63,929 nt of DNA from Candidatus Omnitrophota bacterium (GTDB lineage Bacteria > Omnitrophota > Gorgyraeia > Gygaellales > Profunditerraquicolaceae), in contig JAQUPI010000005.1 of NCBI GenBank assembly GCA_028716705.1, positions 1-63,929 of the forward strand, read 5' to 3'. The translations under genes and the position numbers were made by a program. The notes under the pieces were generated by a model that saw only the letters and a list, made by a program, of their open reading frames with translations, ran no database searches and had not been told where the DNA came from. How positions within the stretch are numbered: position 1 is the first letter of the stretch; every line of letters starts with the position of its first letter. This document shows positions 37,803 to 46,346 of the stretch, piece after piece.

Positions 37803-39613
37803 ATATCCTGGGTTTATCCTGTTTTTACCATGACAGCGCGGCGTGCGTCTTGCGCGACGGGGAAATAATCGGCGCCGCGCAGGAAGAGCGTTTTACGCGC
37901 AAGAAACACGACTCCGGCTTTCCTGGGAATTCCATAAACTGGTGCCTTAGAGAAGGCGGAATTACCGCTAAAGAGCTGGATTTTATCGTTTTTTACGAGA
38001 AACCGCTCATTAAATTCGAGCGTATCCTGGAGACTTATCTCTCCAGCGCTCCTTCGGGAATACGGCAATTCATCCAGGCGATGCCATTGTGGGTTAAACA
38101 GAAGCTCTGGATCCCCGAGATAATCAGGAAGGAATTGGGCTTTGAAGGAAAGATATTATTTTGCGGCCACCATGAATCCCACGCGGCCAGCGCTTTTTAT
38201 CCCTCACCCTTTAAAGAAGCGGCTTTTTTGACCATGGACGGCGTCGGCGAATGGGATACCGCCAGTTTCGGCACAGGAAGGGATAATGAGATCGAAATTT
38301 TACAGACCTTGAGGTTCCCGCATTCTTTGGGGTTATTATATTCAGCCTTTACGTATTACGCCGGTTTTAAAGTCAATTCAGGGGAATACAAATTAATGGG
38401 CCTGGCGCCTTACGGGGAGCCGAAATACGCGGATTTGATCCTTGATGAATTGATCGACCTGAAAGAAGACGGCTCATTTAAGCTGAATATGAAATACTTC
38501 GGTTATTGCAGCGGCCTGAGGATGACCAACGGGAAATTCGACAAACTCTTTGGGGGCCCTGCCCGCAAGGCGGAAACGAAGATAACACAGAAGGATATGG
38601 ATATCGCGGCTTCCATCCAAAAAGTAACGGAAGAGATAATGTTAAGAATGATCCGGTACGCGCATAAGGTAACCGGGAAAGATAAGTTATGCCTGGCGGG
38701 AGGAGTGGCTTTAAACTGCGTGGGTAACGGCAGGATCTTGCGCGAAGGGCCTTTCCGGGAGATATGGGTACAGCCGGCGAGCGGGGATGCCGGAGCAGCG
38801 TTAGGCGCCGCTCTTTTAGCCTGGCATAAATATTCGGGCAATCCCAGGGCGAGCGACGATAAAAATGACAAACAGAAGGCTTCGCTCCTTGGGCCGGCAT
38901 ACAGCGAAGAGTATATTGAAGATTTTCTTAAGAAAGAAGGGATAATATACGAAAAGTTAGCTCATGCTGACATACCATTCATGATCGCGGACCTGATCGA
39001 CAGCCAAAATGTGATCGGCTGGTTCCAGGGCAGGCTGGAATTCGGGCCAAGGGCTTTGGGCGCGCGCAGTATAATCGGCGACCCGAGAAACCCTGAAATG
39101 CAGTCAAAGATGAATTTAAAGATCAAATACCGGGAATCATTCCGTCCTTTCGCCCCCTCGGTTTTGCTTGAGAAGGCCGGCGATTGGTTTGACCTGGATA
39201 AAGAGAGCCCTTATATGCTCCTGGTCGCTCCCGTTAAGAAAGAGAAAAGGCTGGCAGGCGGCAAGGAAGAGAATTTATCCGGTTTCGATAAATTGAAGAT
39301 AGAACGCTCGAAGATCCCCGCGGTTACGCACGTGGATTATTCCGCCAGGATCCAGACCGTAAAGAGCGAAGACAACCCCTTATTTTATGGCGTTATAAAA
39401 GCGTTCTATGAAAAAACAGGATGTCCTGTTATAATAAATACTTCTTTCAACGTCAGGGGAGAGCCTCTTGTCCTTACCCCCCAGGACGCTTATAGATGTT
39501 TTATGAGAACGGAGATGGATTGCCTCATTATGGGTCCATTCCTCCTGGATAAGAAAAAACAGGATCCAGTGAAAAAGGACGTAAAATGGCAGCAGGAGTT
39601 CGAATTGGATTAA
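37793..39613 (+). CDS. Carbamoyltransferase (NodU/CmcH/SxtI family)
   Basis: 606 aa. ILGLSCFYHDSAACVL, HHESHAASAF and LNTSFNVRGEP-like (INTSFNVRGEPLV) motifs. Confidence 0.9.
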   Translation: MGVNILGLSCFYHDSAACVLRDGEIIGAAQEERFTRKKHDSGFPGNSINWCLREGGITAKELDFIVFYEKPLIKFERILETYLSSAPSGIRQFIQAMPLWVKQKLWIPEIIRKELGFEGKILFCGHHESHAASAFYPSPFKEAAFLTMDGVGEWDTASFGTGRDNEIEILQTLRFPHSLGLLYSAFTYYAGFKVNSGEYKLMGLAPYGEPKYADLILDELIDLKEDGSFKLNMKYFGYCSGLRMTNGKFDKLFGGPARKAETKITQKDMDIAASIQKVTEEIMLRMIRYAHKVTGKDKLCLAGGVALNCVGNGRILREGPFREIWVQPASGDAGAALGAALLAWHKYSGNPRASDDKNDKQKASLLGPAYSEEYIEDFLKKEGIIYEKLAHADIPFMIADLIDSQNVIGWFQGRLEFGPRALGARSIIGDPRNPEMQSKMNLKIKYRESFRPFAPSVLLEKAGDWFDLDKESPYMLLVAPVKKEKRLAGGKEENLSGFDKLKIERSKIPAVTHVDYSARIQTVKSEDNPLFYGVIKAFYEKTGCPVIINTSFNVRGEPLVLTPQDAYRCFMRTEMDCLIMGPFLLDKKKQDPVKKDVKWQQEFELD

Positions 39614-40012
39614 ATGGAAAAACTCAATTTTAATAAAATAGACCTGAAGAAATTCGGGATAACCATGGCGGCAGCCTTTATTGCGATAGCTTCCATACTG
39701 GCGTTGAGGCATAAACACAGCTTTTTGCCTTTATCGATATCCGCGGGTTTCTTTCTTGCCGCTATTATCGCGCCGCTTTTCTTAAAGCCGTTTTATATTT
39801 TCTGGATGAGGCTTGCCTTTGTATTGAGCTGGGTAAATACCAGGCTTATTTTATTTATCTTATTTTTCCTTGTGTTTGCCCCTATGGGGATCATGATGCG
39901 GATCTTTGGCAAAGACTTCCTCGAGAGAAAAATAGATAAAAAGGCCGGATCTTATTGGAAGAAAGCCGAAAAGAAGGTTTTTAGCAGGTCAGATCATGAA
40001 AGGCAATTTTAG
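39614..40012 (+). CDS. SxtJ-like small membrane protein
   Basis: 132 aa. LKKFGITMAAAF; three hydrophobic segments; GKDFLERKIDKKAGSYWKK tail. Lies directly after the carbamoyltransferase. Confidence 0.65.
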   Translation: MEKLNFNKIDLKKFGITMAAAFIAIASILALRHKHSFLPLSISAGFFLAAIIAPLFLKPFYIFWMRLAFVLSWVNTRLILFILFFLVFAPMGIMMRIFGKDFLERKIDKKAGSYWKKAEKKVFSRSDHERQF

Positions 40013-40049
40013 AGTCCCAAACAGTTCTAACTATTAGGAGGAGTGTGTT

Positions 40050-40208
40050 ATGGGGAAGCTTTCAATATTGCGTGAATTTTGGGATTTCTTGCGTATAAGG
40101 AAAAAATGGTGGCTTACTCCTATAGTGGCCATGCTTTTATTGCTGGGCATGCTGATCTTCTTTACCCAGTCTTCCGCAGTCGCGCCTTTTATATACACAC
40201 TTTTTTAA
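40050..40208 (+). CDS. Unannotated 52-codon ORF: SxtK/DUF5989-like small membrane protein
   Basis: Not in the ORF track (<60 aa). RBS aggagg lies 8 nt upstream. Translation: MGKLSILREFWDFLRIRKKWWLTPIVAMLLLLGMLIFFTQSSAVAPFIYTLF. The sequence and its position next to the carbamoyltransferase and SxtJ fit this family as I recall it. Confidence 0.7.
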   Translation: MGKLSILREFWDFLRIRKKWWLTPIVAMLLLLGMLIFFTQSSAVAPFIYTLF

Positions 40209-40223
40209 ATCGAAAGGGATCTA

Positions 40224-41003
40224 ATGATAAAAAAAATCGCCTTATACTTCACGATCTTGCTTTCAGCCGCTATAATTTTGTGCGCCTTTAACGAAGCGTC
40301 AAAAAATAACCCCGCCTCAATAATTAAAGATAATAACTTACATGACAAGCTCAGCCAGGACCCCCGCAAGATAGTCCTTCTGGTGAATTTATTTGGCCTG
40401 ATCCCGGCCGCCGAAGCCACTTTTGAGGACAGGGGAATAGAGCTTTATGAGGGCAGGGAAGTGATCCATCTTAGCGGATACGCGAGGCCGTTAAATTTTA
40501 TCCGTAAATTCTTCAACGCCCGGGCGGAAGCGGATTCATATATGGATAAGGATAAATTACATGCCTTAAGGTTCAGACAGAAGATAATCCGTCCGAATAA
40601 GGCAGACGAGAGGGAGATCTTTTATAACCAAAAAGATAATTTCATGGAAGCCGAAGGGGTAAAAAGGCAGATACTGCCGGATACCCACGACCCTTTCTCG
40701 GCAATATTTTACCTGCGTAAACAGCCCTTGCGGGTAGGCAGCGCCTTAGACCTGAATATAAACACGAACCAGAAGAATTATCAGTTTTTAGTGAAAGTGA
40801 CGAAGAGGGAAGAGTACTCGATAGGGTCAAAAAAAATAGGGGTCTGGGTGCTGGAAGCGGTCGTCAGAAGGCGCGATAACAACCCCTACCACAAGACAAC
40901 GATCAAATTCTGGCTTCTGGATAACCCTTCAAAAACGCCCATATTGTTCAAGGCGATGACTAACGTCGGACAAGTAACCGCCAGGCTAACAGCGATAGAA
41001 TGA
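40224..41003 (+). CDS. DUF3108-like exported protein
   Basis: 259 aa. Signal peptide; HDPFSAIFYLRKQPLRVG and IKFWLLDNPSKTPILF resemble DUF3108 signatures (from memory). Confidence 0.5.
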   Translation: MIKKIALYFTILLSAAIILCAFNEASKNNPASIIKDNNLHDKLSQDPRKIVLLVNLFGLIPAAEATFEDRGIELYEGREVIHLSGYARPLNFIRKFFNARAEADSYMDKDKLHALRFRQKIIRPNKADEREIFYNQKDNFMEAEGVKRQILPDTHDPFSAIFYLRKQPLRVGSALDLNINTNQKNYQFLVKVTKREEYSIGSKKIGVWVLEAVVRRRDNNPYHKTTIKFWLLDNPSKTPILFKAMTNVGQVTARLTAIE

Positions 41004-41728
41004 CCGAAAATAAAATTAAAACCAAGGATATAATAAAAGATTACGACAGGATCTATTCGACTACAGGCCTGAGGACTAATAGCGCGTATTATAGATGGAT
41101 CATTAAAATGCTGCGTCCGATGCCTAACGCCAGGATCCTTGATGTATCCTGCGGCGAAGGATCATTATTAAGAGAAATAGCGAAATTAAATAAGAACATT
41201 GACGCTTATGGACTGGATATATCGGACGTAGCGGCCGCTATAGCGCGGAAGAACGCGCCCAAAGCGAAAATAATGTCAGCGGACGGGCAAAGGCTTCCCT
41301 TTGCCGATGAGTCGTTCGATTATGTAACCTGTTTAGGCAGCCTGGAACACTACCTGGATATCAGCCTCGGCCTAAGAGAGTTATTCAGAGTGGCCAAAAG
41401 AGAGGCGAGGTTTTGCATAGTGCTTCCCAACTCTTTCAGTATCCATGTTTTCTTGGAAATACTAAGGTCCGGAAACAGATTTCCGGATAATTTCCAGATC
41501 ATAGAAAGGACCGCGACAAAACAGGAGTGGATCGATTTATTGGACAAGAATGGTTTCTCCGTAAGAAAGATCTACGGGTTTAACCTATGGCCGGAATTAT
41601 TTAAAGAGGGAACGTTAAAAATTAAATCGATACCAAAATATTTAAAGCGCGTGCTTATTAAATATCTTTGCCCTTTAAATTTAGCGAAAGAATTCGTGTT
41701 TATCTGCGAAAAAAAGGGTAAGCTGTAA
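41000..41728 (+). CDS. Class I SAM-dependent methyltransferase
   Basis: 242 aa. ILDVSCGEGS, FDYVTCLGSLEH and RFCIVLPN motifs. Confidence 0.8.
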   Translation: MTENKIKTKDIIKDYDRIYSTTGLRTNSAYYRWIIKMLRPMPNARILDVSCGEGSLLREIAKLNKNIDAYGLDISDVAAAIARKNAPKAKIMSADGQRLPFADESFDYVTCLGSLEHYLDISLGLRELFRVAKREARFCIVLPNSFSIHVFLEILRSGNRFPDNFQIIERTATKQEWIDLLDKNGFSVRKIYGFNLWPELFKEGTLKIKSIPKYLKRVLIKYLCPLNLAKEFVFICEKKGKL

Positions 41729-41809
41729 TCCTTCCTTACTTTTATTTTTCAAGCCTCCCCAGGGCCTCCGGTTAGTGGAAAAAAGTCAATATAAAGTGGA
41801 ATCCTATTC

Positions 41810-41838
41810 TTGCCAGTAAGCCCTGCCTCTTCTACAAT
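41810..41838 (+). promoter_or_regulatory. Putative sigma70 promoter TTGCCA-17-TACAAT for the ferritin-like gene
   Basis: ttgcca at 41810-41815, 17-nt spacer, tacaat at 41833-41838. About 60-nt leader, with RBS aaaggag before ATG 41901. Confidence 0.5.
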
Positions 41839-41900
41839 ATAGTATCCGTTAAGCCAAACCATAAAAATCACTGAAAATCCTGTTTTGAAAGGAGTAGATC

Positions 41901-43097
41901 ATGTTTAATCCCATGCACAAAAAAGGACTACCCATCCAGAAGCAATTCAAAAACTGGAAAACGCTTAATACCAGGCCCTATGATAAGGAGTCGATTCATC
42001 CTTATTCCAGGACAGCCGGTATCTTGATGAACGGGATCGAGTGCGAGGCTGCTTTCTTCATGCACAACTTTGCCCGGCATACCAAGGATATGGAATTACG
42101 GGGAGCGCTGGCCATGGTCAGGCGCGCCGAACAGGAGCAGCAGAAGATGATCAACTGGATGATCCCGGGAAACGAATCGAGCCTTGAGGTCACTATCGGT
42201 TACGAGCAGGTAGCCGTAGACCTTACCGCGTTTCTGGCCCAAAAGGAGAAAGACCCCTATGTGAAGGAAGCGTTGGATTTCGCCTTGCTGGAGGATTTTG
42301 ACCACCTCTACCGTTACGCCAATCTTATGCGCCTGACCATGGGTAAGGAAGCCTCGGACGTAACCAAAGAATACACCGAGATCACTGTCGGGAGGCCTAC
42401 TTCCAAGGAGCACCGTTTTCCTGAAGATGACGTCAGGAATTTCACCGATAAGAGATCCGCCGACCCGATGAGCAATTTGCACATAATGACCATCGTTGCC
42501 GCCGAACAGCAGACGATGAATTATTACATGAACATCGGAAACAGGTTTGAGGATATGCTTGCCAGGGGATTGTATCTTGAGATCGCTCAAATCGAAGAGC
42601 AGCACGTGACCCATTACGAGTCGCTGATAGATCCCAGGATGAGCTGGTTTGAACAATGGGTCTGCCATGAACTTACCGAGTGCTGGCTATACCATTCCTT
42701 AATGAAGAATGATCATGAGCAGCGTTCACAGAAAGTATGGGAGCAAGCCCTGGATATGGAGCTAGAGCATTTAAAGATCGCTTCGGAGAACATGAAAAAA
42801 CACGATAAGAAAGATCCTGAGGAGCTTTCAGGGGGAGGGTTCACGCATATGTTTGAATTTAAATCGAATATCGATTATGTGCGTAATATCCTGGAAACGC
42901 AGGCGGATTTTGGGGCCATGGGCCCTGATTTTGTCCCGGGAAGCAAGATACCGGAAAATTACCGGTATTTCCAGCACCAGAAGATAGTCAATGAAGGCGG
43001 CGCGCCAAGCGACGAGGTAATCGACCGGGTAATTAAAAAGGACGGGCATGATTTCAGGCAGGAATTAAAGCCCGCGATGGCAGGAAGCGTCAGATAG
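41901..43097 (+). CDS. Ferritin-like (di-metal carboxylate four-helix-bundle) superfamily protein, function unknown
   Basis: 398 aa, predicted helical. Paired acidic/His motifs (GIECEAA, LLEDFDH, VAAEQQ, IEEQHVTHYE). Family not identified. Confidence 0.4.
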   Translation: MFNPMHKKGLPIQKQFKNWKTLNTRPYDKESIHPYSRTAGILMNGIECEAAFFMHNFARHTKDMELRGALAMVRRAEQEQQKMINWMIPGNESSLEVTIGYEQVAVDLTAFLAQKEKDPYVKEALDFALLEDFDHLYRYANLMRLTMGKEASDVTKEYTEITVGRPTSKEHRFPEDDVRNFTDKRSADPMSNLHIMTIVAAEQQTMNYYMNIGNRFEDMLARGLYLEIAQIEEQHVTHYESLIDPRMSWFEQWVCHELTECWLYHSLMKNDHEQRSQKVWEQALDMELEHLKIASENMKKHDKKDPEELSGGGFTHMFEFKSNIDYVRNILETQADFGAMGPDFVPGSKIPENYRYFQHQKIVNEGGAPSDEVIDRVIKKDGHDFRQELKPAMAGSVR

Positions 43098-43137
43098 CAT
43101 GGAGCTTAAAGAGCGGTTTGGATTAACAATAGAAAGA

Positions 43138-43171
43138 GGGATCCCGATAATTCAATGGGATTCCTTTTTTT
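43138..43171 (+). terminator. Rho-independent terminator after the ferritin-like gene
   Basis: Stem gggatccc (43138-43145) pairs with gggattcc (43157-43164): 8 bp including one G-U. 11-nt loop, followed by T7 (43165-43171). Confidence 0.65.
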
Positions 43172-43183
43172 ATGTGATATAAT
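43169..43183 (+). promoter_or_regulatory. Extended -10 promoter element (TGaTATAAT) of the gsp-like operon; the 15-mer is shared with 54107-54121
   Basis: tttatgtgatataat at 43169-43183. TGaTATAAT lies at 43175-43183, 27 nt before the gspE ATG. RBS ggaaagga. Confidence 0.5.
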
Positions 43184-43209
43184 GAATATGCCGGAAAGGA
43201 TAATATCTT

Positions 43210-44745
43210 ATGAGTATCCCCCATATAAAACTCAAGGATAGGCAGATCCAGCCTTCGGTTATCCAAAAGGTCCCCGCCAAATTCTCCAGCCACTATAAAA
43301 TCGTCCCTGTTGAGCTTAACGACAGCACGTTGACCATCGCCATGGCAGATCCTCTTGACGTACGCGCGCTTGATGACATAAAACTCCTGCTCGGGGTCAA
43401 TGTCGAAGCGGTCCTGGCCAGCGAACTGGAAATAGAAGAAGCCATACGCAAATATTACGGTGTAGGCGCGGAAACCCTGGAGAGCATGGTCTCCAAAGAA
43501 ACAGTTTCCAGGGAGATCATCCGGGAAAGAGAGAAAATTGAGGATGTGGAAAACCTCGCCGAAGACGCCTCGATCATAAAATTTGTCAACCAGATCTTGT
43601 CGGAAGCGGTAAAAGACAGAGCGACCGATATCCACCTTGAGCCGTTTGAAGATGAATTGCGCACGAGGTTCCGGATCGACGGTATGTTATACAGCATAAA
43701 TATCCCCGCGACCATCCGGTATTTCCACCCGGCGATCGTATCCCGCGTAAAGATCATGGCTAATTTGAATATCGCCGAACGCAGGCTGCCCCAGGACGGC
43801 AGGATAAAGATAAAAGTCGATGAGAATGAACTGGACCTTCGCGTCTCCATAATGCCCACAGCGTTCGGGGAAGCGGTGCACATAAGGATATTAAGCCCAA
43901 GTTTCTTCCTGGAATTGAAGAAATTAGGGTTATTGCCGGAGGATCTGGCGATCATCGAGCAGGTCATCCATAAGCCTCACGGTATCATCTTTGTTACCGG
44001 GCCCACAGGATCCGGGAAATCCACTACGCTATACGCCTGCCTGGCGCACATTAACGCCAATGCTGTCAAGATAATCACCATAGAGGATCCGATCGAATAC
44101 CAGTTAAGGGGAGCCAACCAGATACAGGTAAACCCTAAGATAGGGTTGGATTTCGCCGCGGGCCTGCGCCATATTTTAAGGCACGATCCGGATATCATGA
44201 TGGTCGGAGAGGTCCGGGATTATGAAACTGCCGAGACCGCCATACGCTCGGCGCTTACCGGCCACCTTGTGTTCTCCACCCTGCACACAAACGACGCTGC
44301 CGGAGCGATCACCCGGCTCCTGGATATGAAAATAGAGCCGTTTTTAGTATCTTCTTCCCTGGAGTGCCTCATCGCTCAAAGGCTGGTCAGGTTGATCTGC
44401 CCGAAATGCAAAGAGCCCGTTAAGTCAAAAGAAGACATCCTCAGGCAGCTTAAAGACGAGAAAATAGATCTGGATAAGGCAGCTTTCTATGAAGGCAAAG
44501 GCTGCGAAGAGTGCAGGTTTACCGGTTACCGGGGAAGGACCGCCATATACGAGATACTGAATATCAATGAGCCGATCAGAAGGATGGTCCTCGAGCAAGC
44601 TTCCAGCCAGCAGATAAAACAAAAAGCTGTTTCTCTGGGAATGAGGACATTACGCCAGGACGGATTGCAAAAAGTTTTTTCCGGCCTGACCACTTACAGC
44701 GAGGTTTTAAGGGTCACGCAGCAGGAAGAGCTTCCTGAAGGATAA
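43210..44745 (+). CDS. gspE: GspE/PilB-family type IV filament assembly ATPase
   Basis: 511 aa. T2SSE_N-like N-terminus (LTIAMADPLDVRALDDIKLLLG). Walker A GPTGSGKST. Asp box, Walker B and His box. Tetracysteine CPKC..CEEC. Confidence 0.9.
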   Translation: MSIPHIKLKDRQIQPSVIQKVPAKFSSHYKIVPVELNDSTLTIAMADPLDVRALDDIKLLLGVNVEAVLASELEIEEAIRKYYGVGAETLESMVSKETVSREIIREREKIEDVENLAEDASIIKFVNQILSEAVKDRATDIHLEPFEDELRTRFRIDGMLYSINIPATIRYFHPAIVSRVKIMANLNIAERRLPQDGRIKIKVDENELDLRVSIMPTAFGEAVHIRILSPSFFLELKKLGLLPEDLAIIEQVIHKPHGIIFVTGPTGSGKSTTLYACLAHINANAVKIITIEDPIEYQLRGANQIQVNPKIGLDFAAGLRHILRHDPDIMMVGEVRDYETAETAIRSALTGHLVFSTLHTNDAAGAITRLLDMKIEPFLVSSSLECLIAQRLVRLICPKCKEPVKSKEDILRQLKDEKIDLDKAAFYEGKGCEECRFTGYRGRTAIYEILNINEPIRRMVLEQASSQQIKQKAVSLGMRTLRQDGLQKVFSGLTTYSEVLRVTQQEELPEG

Positions 44746-45957
44746 ATGCCGCGTTATTTGTACACCGCCAAGTCCCAGCCGCAAAAGATAGAGCAGGGAG
44801 AGATAGAAGCGGATTCCCAGCTCGACGCCGTGAACAGGCTGGCGAAAACCGGCCATTTCCCCGTCACCATAGAATTAGAGGAAACATTCGCTTTAAATAA
44901 GAACGGTATCTTAAAACTGCGCAGGTTCTCTAAAAGCGATACCGCCGTTTTCACCCGCCAATTATCCACGTTAATAGAGTCAGGCGTAAATCTGCTTAAA
45001 GGCCTCACTATAATTTACAGCCAGTCGCGCGATAAATATTTAAAGGCGGTATTGAGCGATGTCATCGGGCAGGTAAAAGACGGAAAACCCCTTTCCGAGA
45101 GCCTTGCCCGGCACCCCGGTCTTTTTTCTGATCTATATACCTCGATGGCGCGTTCAGGTGAGGTAGGCGGGAACATTGAAGAGGCGCTCAAGCGCCTGGC
45201 CGATCACCTGGATAAAGAAGAAGAATTCAAGAATTCTATCCGCGCCGCCCTGACCTATCCTTTATTTGTATTGGGCGTGGGGGCTTTGACCATAATCGTG
45301 CTTTTAGGCTTTGTCATCCCGAAATTGGTAGAGATGTTCGAGGATATGGGGGAGGCACTGCCTTTACCCACGAAGATCCTGATCGGAATTTCCAACGGGC
45401 TGCGCTCTTATTGGTGGGTCATAATAGCCGTAATCGTTATTCTGGCTTTCTTATTTCAAAGGTTATTACGCGCGGAGAAAGGAATGATTTTCTGGAGCGG
45501 GTTCAAACTTAAGTTAAAGGTCTGGGGCCCGATCACCTTAAAGAGCGAGATCAGCCGTTTAATGCGCACACTTTCGCTTTTACTCTCCAGCGGTATTGCT
45601 ATAGTTTATTCTTTGGATATATCCTCGAAAGTGATCAGTAATCATCTCATTAAGCTTGAAGTGCAAAAATTCAAAGAGCAGATAAGCAGGGGTTTGAGCC
45701 TTTCGCGCTGTTTGAATAATTCCAGGATCTTCCCGGAGCTTGCGGCCAGTATAGTCGCTATCGGGGAAGAGAGCGGTACGCTGGAGGTATCGCTGGCGCG
45801 CATAGCGGATGATTACGAAAGGGATGTCGACCGCTCGCTCAAGGCATTAAGCAGGTTATTGGAGCCGGTAATGATCCTGGTGATGGGCTTGATCGTCGGT
45901 TTTATCGTCCTTTCGATGCTCTTGCCGATATTCCAGATCAACCTTCTGGTGCGTTAA
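44746..45957 (+). CDS. gspF: GspF/PilC-family inner-membrane platform protein
   Basis: 403 aa. Two T2SSF repeats (FTRQLSTLIESGVNLLKGL and LMRTLSLLLSSGIAIVYSL) and three TM segments. Confidence 0.9.
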   Translation: MPRYLYTAKSQPQKIEQGEIEADSQLDAVNRLAKTGHFPVTIELEETFALNKNGILKLRRFSKSDTAVFTRQLSTLIESGVNLLKGLTIIYSQSRDKYLKAVLSDVIGQVKDGKPLSESLARHPGLFSDLYTSMARSGEVGGNIEEALKRLADHLDKEEEFKNSIRAALTYPLFVLGVGALTIIVLLGFVIPKLVEMFEDMGEALPLPTKILIGISNGLRSYWWVIIAVIVILAFLFQRLLRAEKGMIFWSGFKLKLKVWGPITLKSEISRLMRTLSLLLSSGIAIVYSLDISSKVISNHLIKLEVQKFKEQISRGLSLSRCLNNSRIFPELAASIVAIGEESGTLEVSLARIADDYERDVDRSLKALSRLLEPVMILVMGLIVGFIVLSMLLPIFQINLLVR

Positions 45958-45959
45958 AT

Positions 45960-46346
45960 ATGAGAAAGAACGCATTTACGCTGATCGAATTAATGCTCGT
46001 TGTGATCATTATCGGCGTTCTTTCGGCTATGGTCATGCCGAGGTTAGTAGGACGCTCGGAACAGGCGCGCATGGCGGCCGCCGGAGCCGATATCAACGGA
46101 AACATCGCCATAGCTTTGGATATGTTTCAGCTCGATACGGGGGAATATCCCGAAAAGTTGGAAGACTTAAGGCAAAATCCCGGAAGGGATGCTTGGAAGG
46201 GGCCTTATCTGAAAAAAGACCCAAAGGACCCCTGGGGCAGGCAGTATAAATACGAGCTTGTAAGCTCGGGTGCGGAAGGAGAATATAAACTCTGTTCTGA
46301 TGGCGCGGATGAGGCGGATTCAGGCGATGATCTTTGTAACGAATGA
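45960..46346 (+). CDS. gspG: GspG-type major pseudopilin
   Basis: 128 aa. Prepilin signal MRKNA/FTLIELMLVVIIIGVL. T2SSG-type C-terminus (GPYLKKDPKDPWGRQYKY). Confidence 0.85.
   Translation: MRKNAFTLIELMLVVIIIGVLSAMVMPRLVGRSEQARMAAAGADINGNIAIALDMFQLDTGEYPEKLEDLRQNPGRDAWKGPYLKKDPKDPWGRQYKYELVSSGAEGEYKLCSDGADEADSGDDLCNE

Noticed and set aside
41717-41750. Possible terminator after the last methyltransferase (ggtaag...cttact followed by tttattttt)
   Set aside because: The stem is only 6 bp including a G-U pair, with a 12-nt loop. That is too weak to call, although the T-rich tract is noted.
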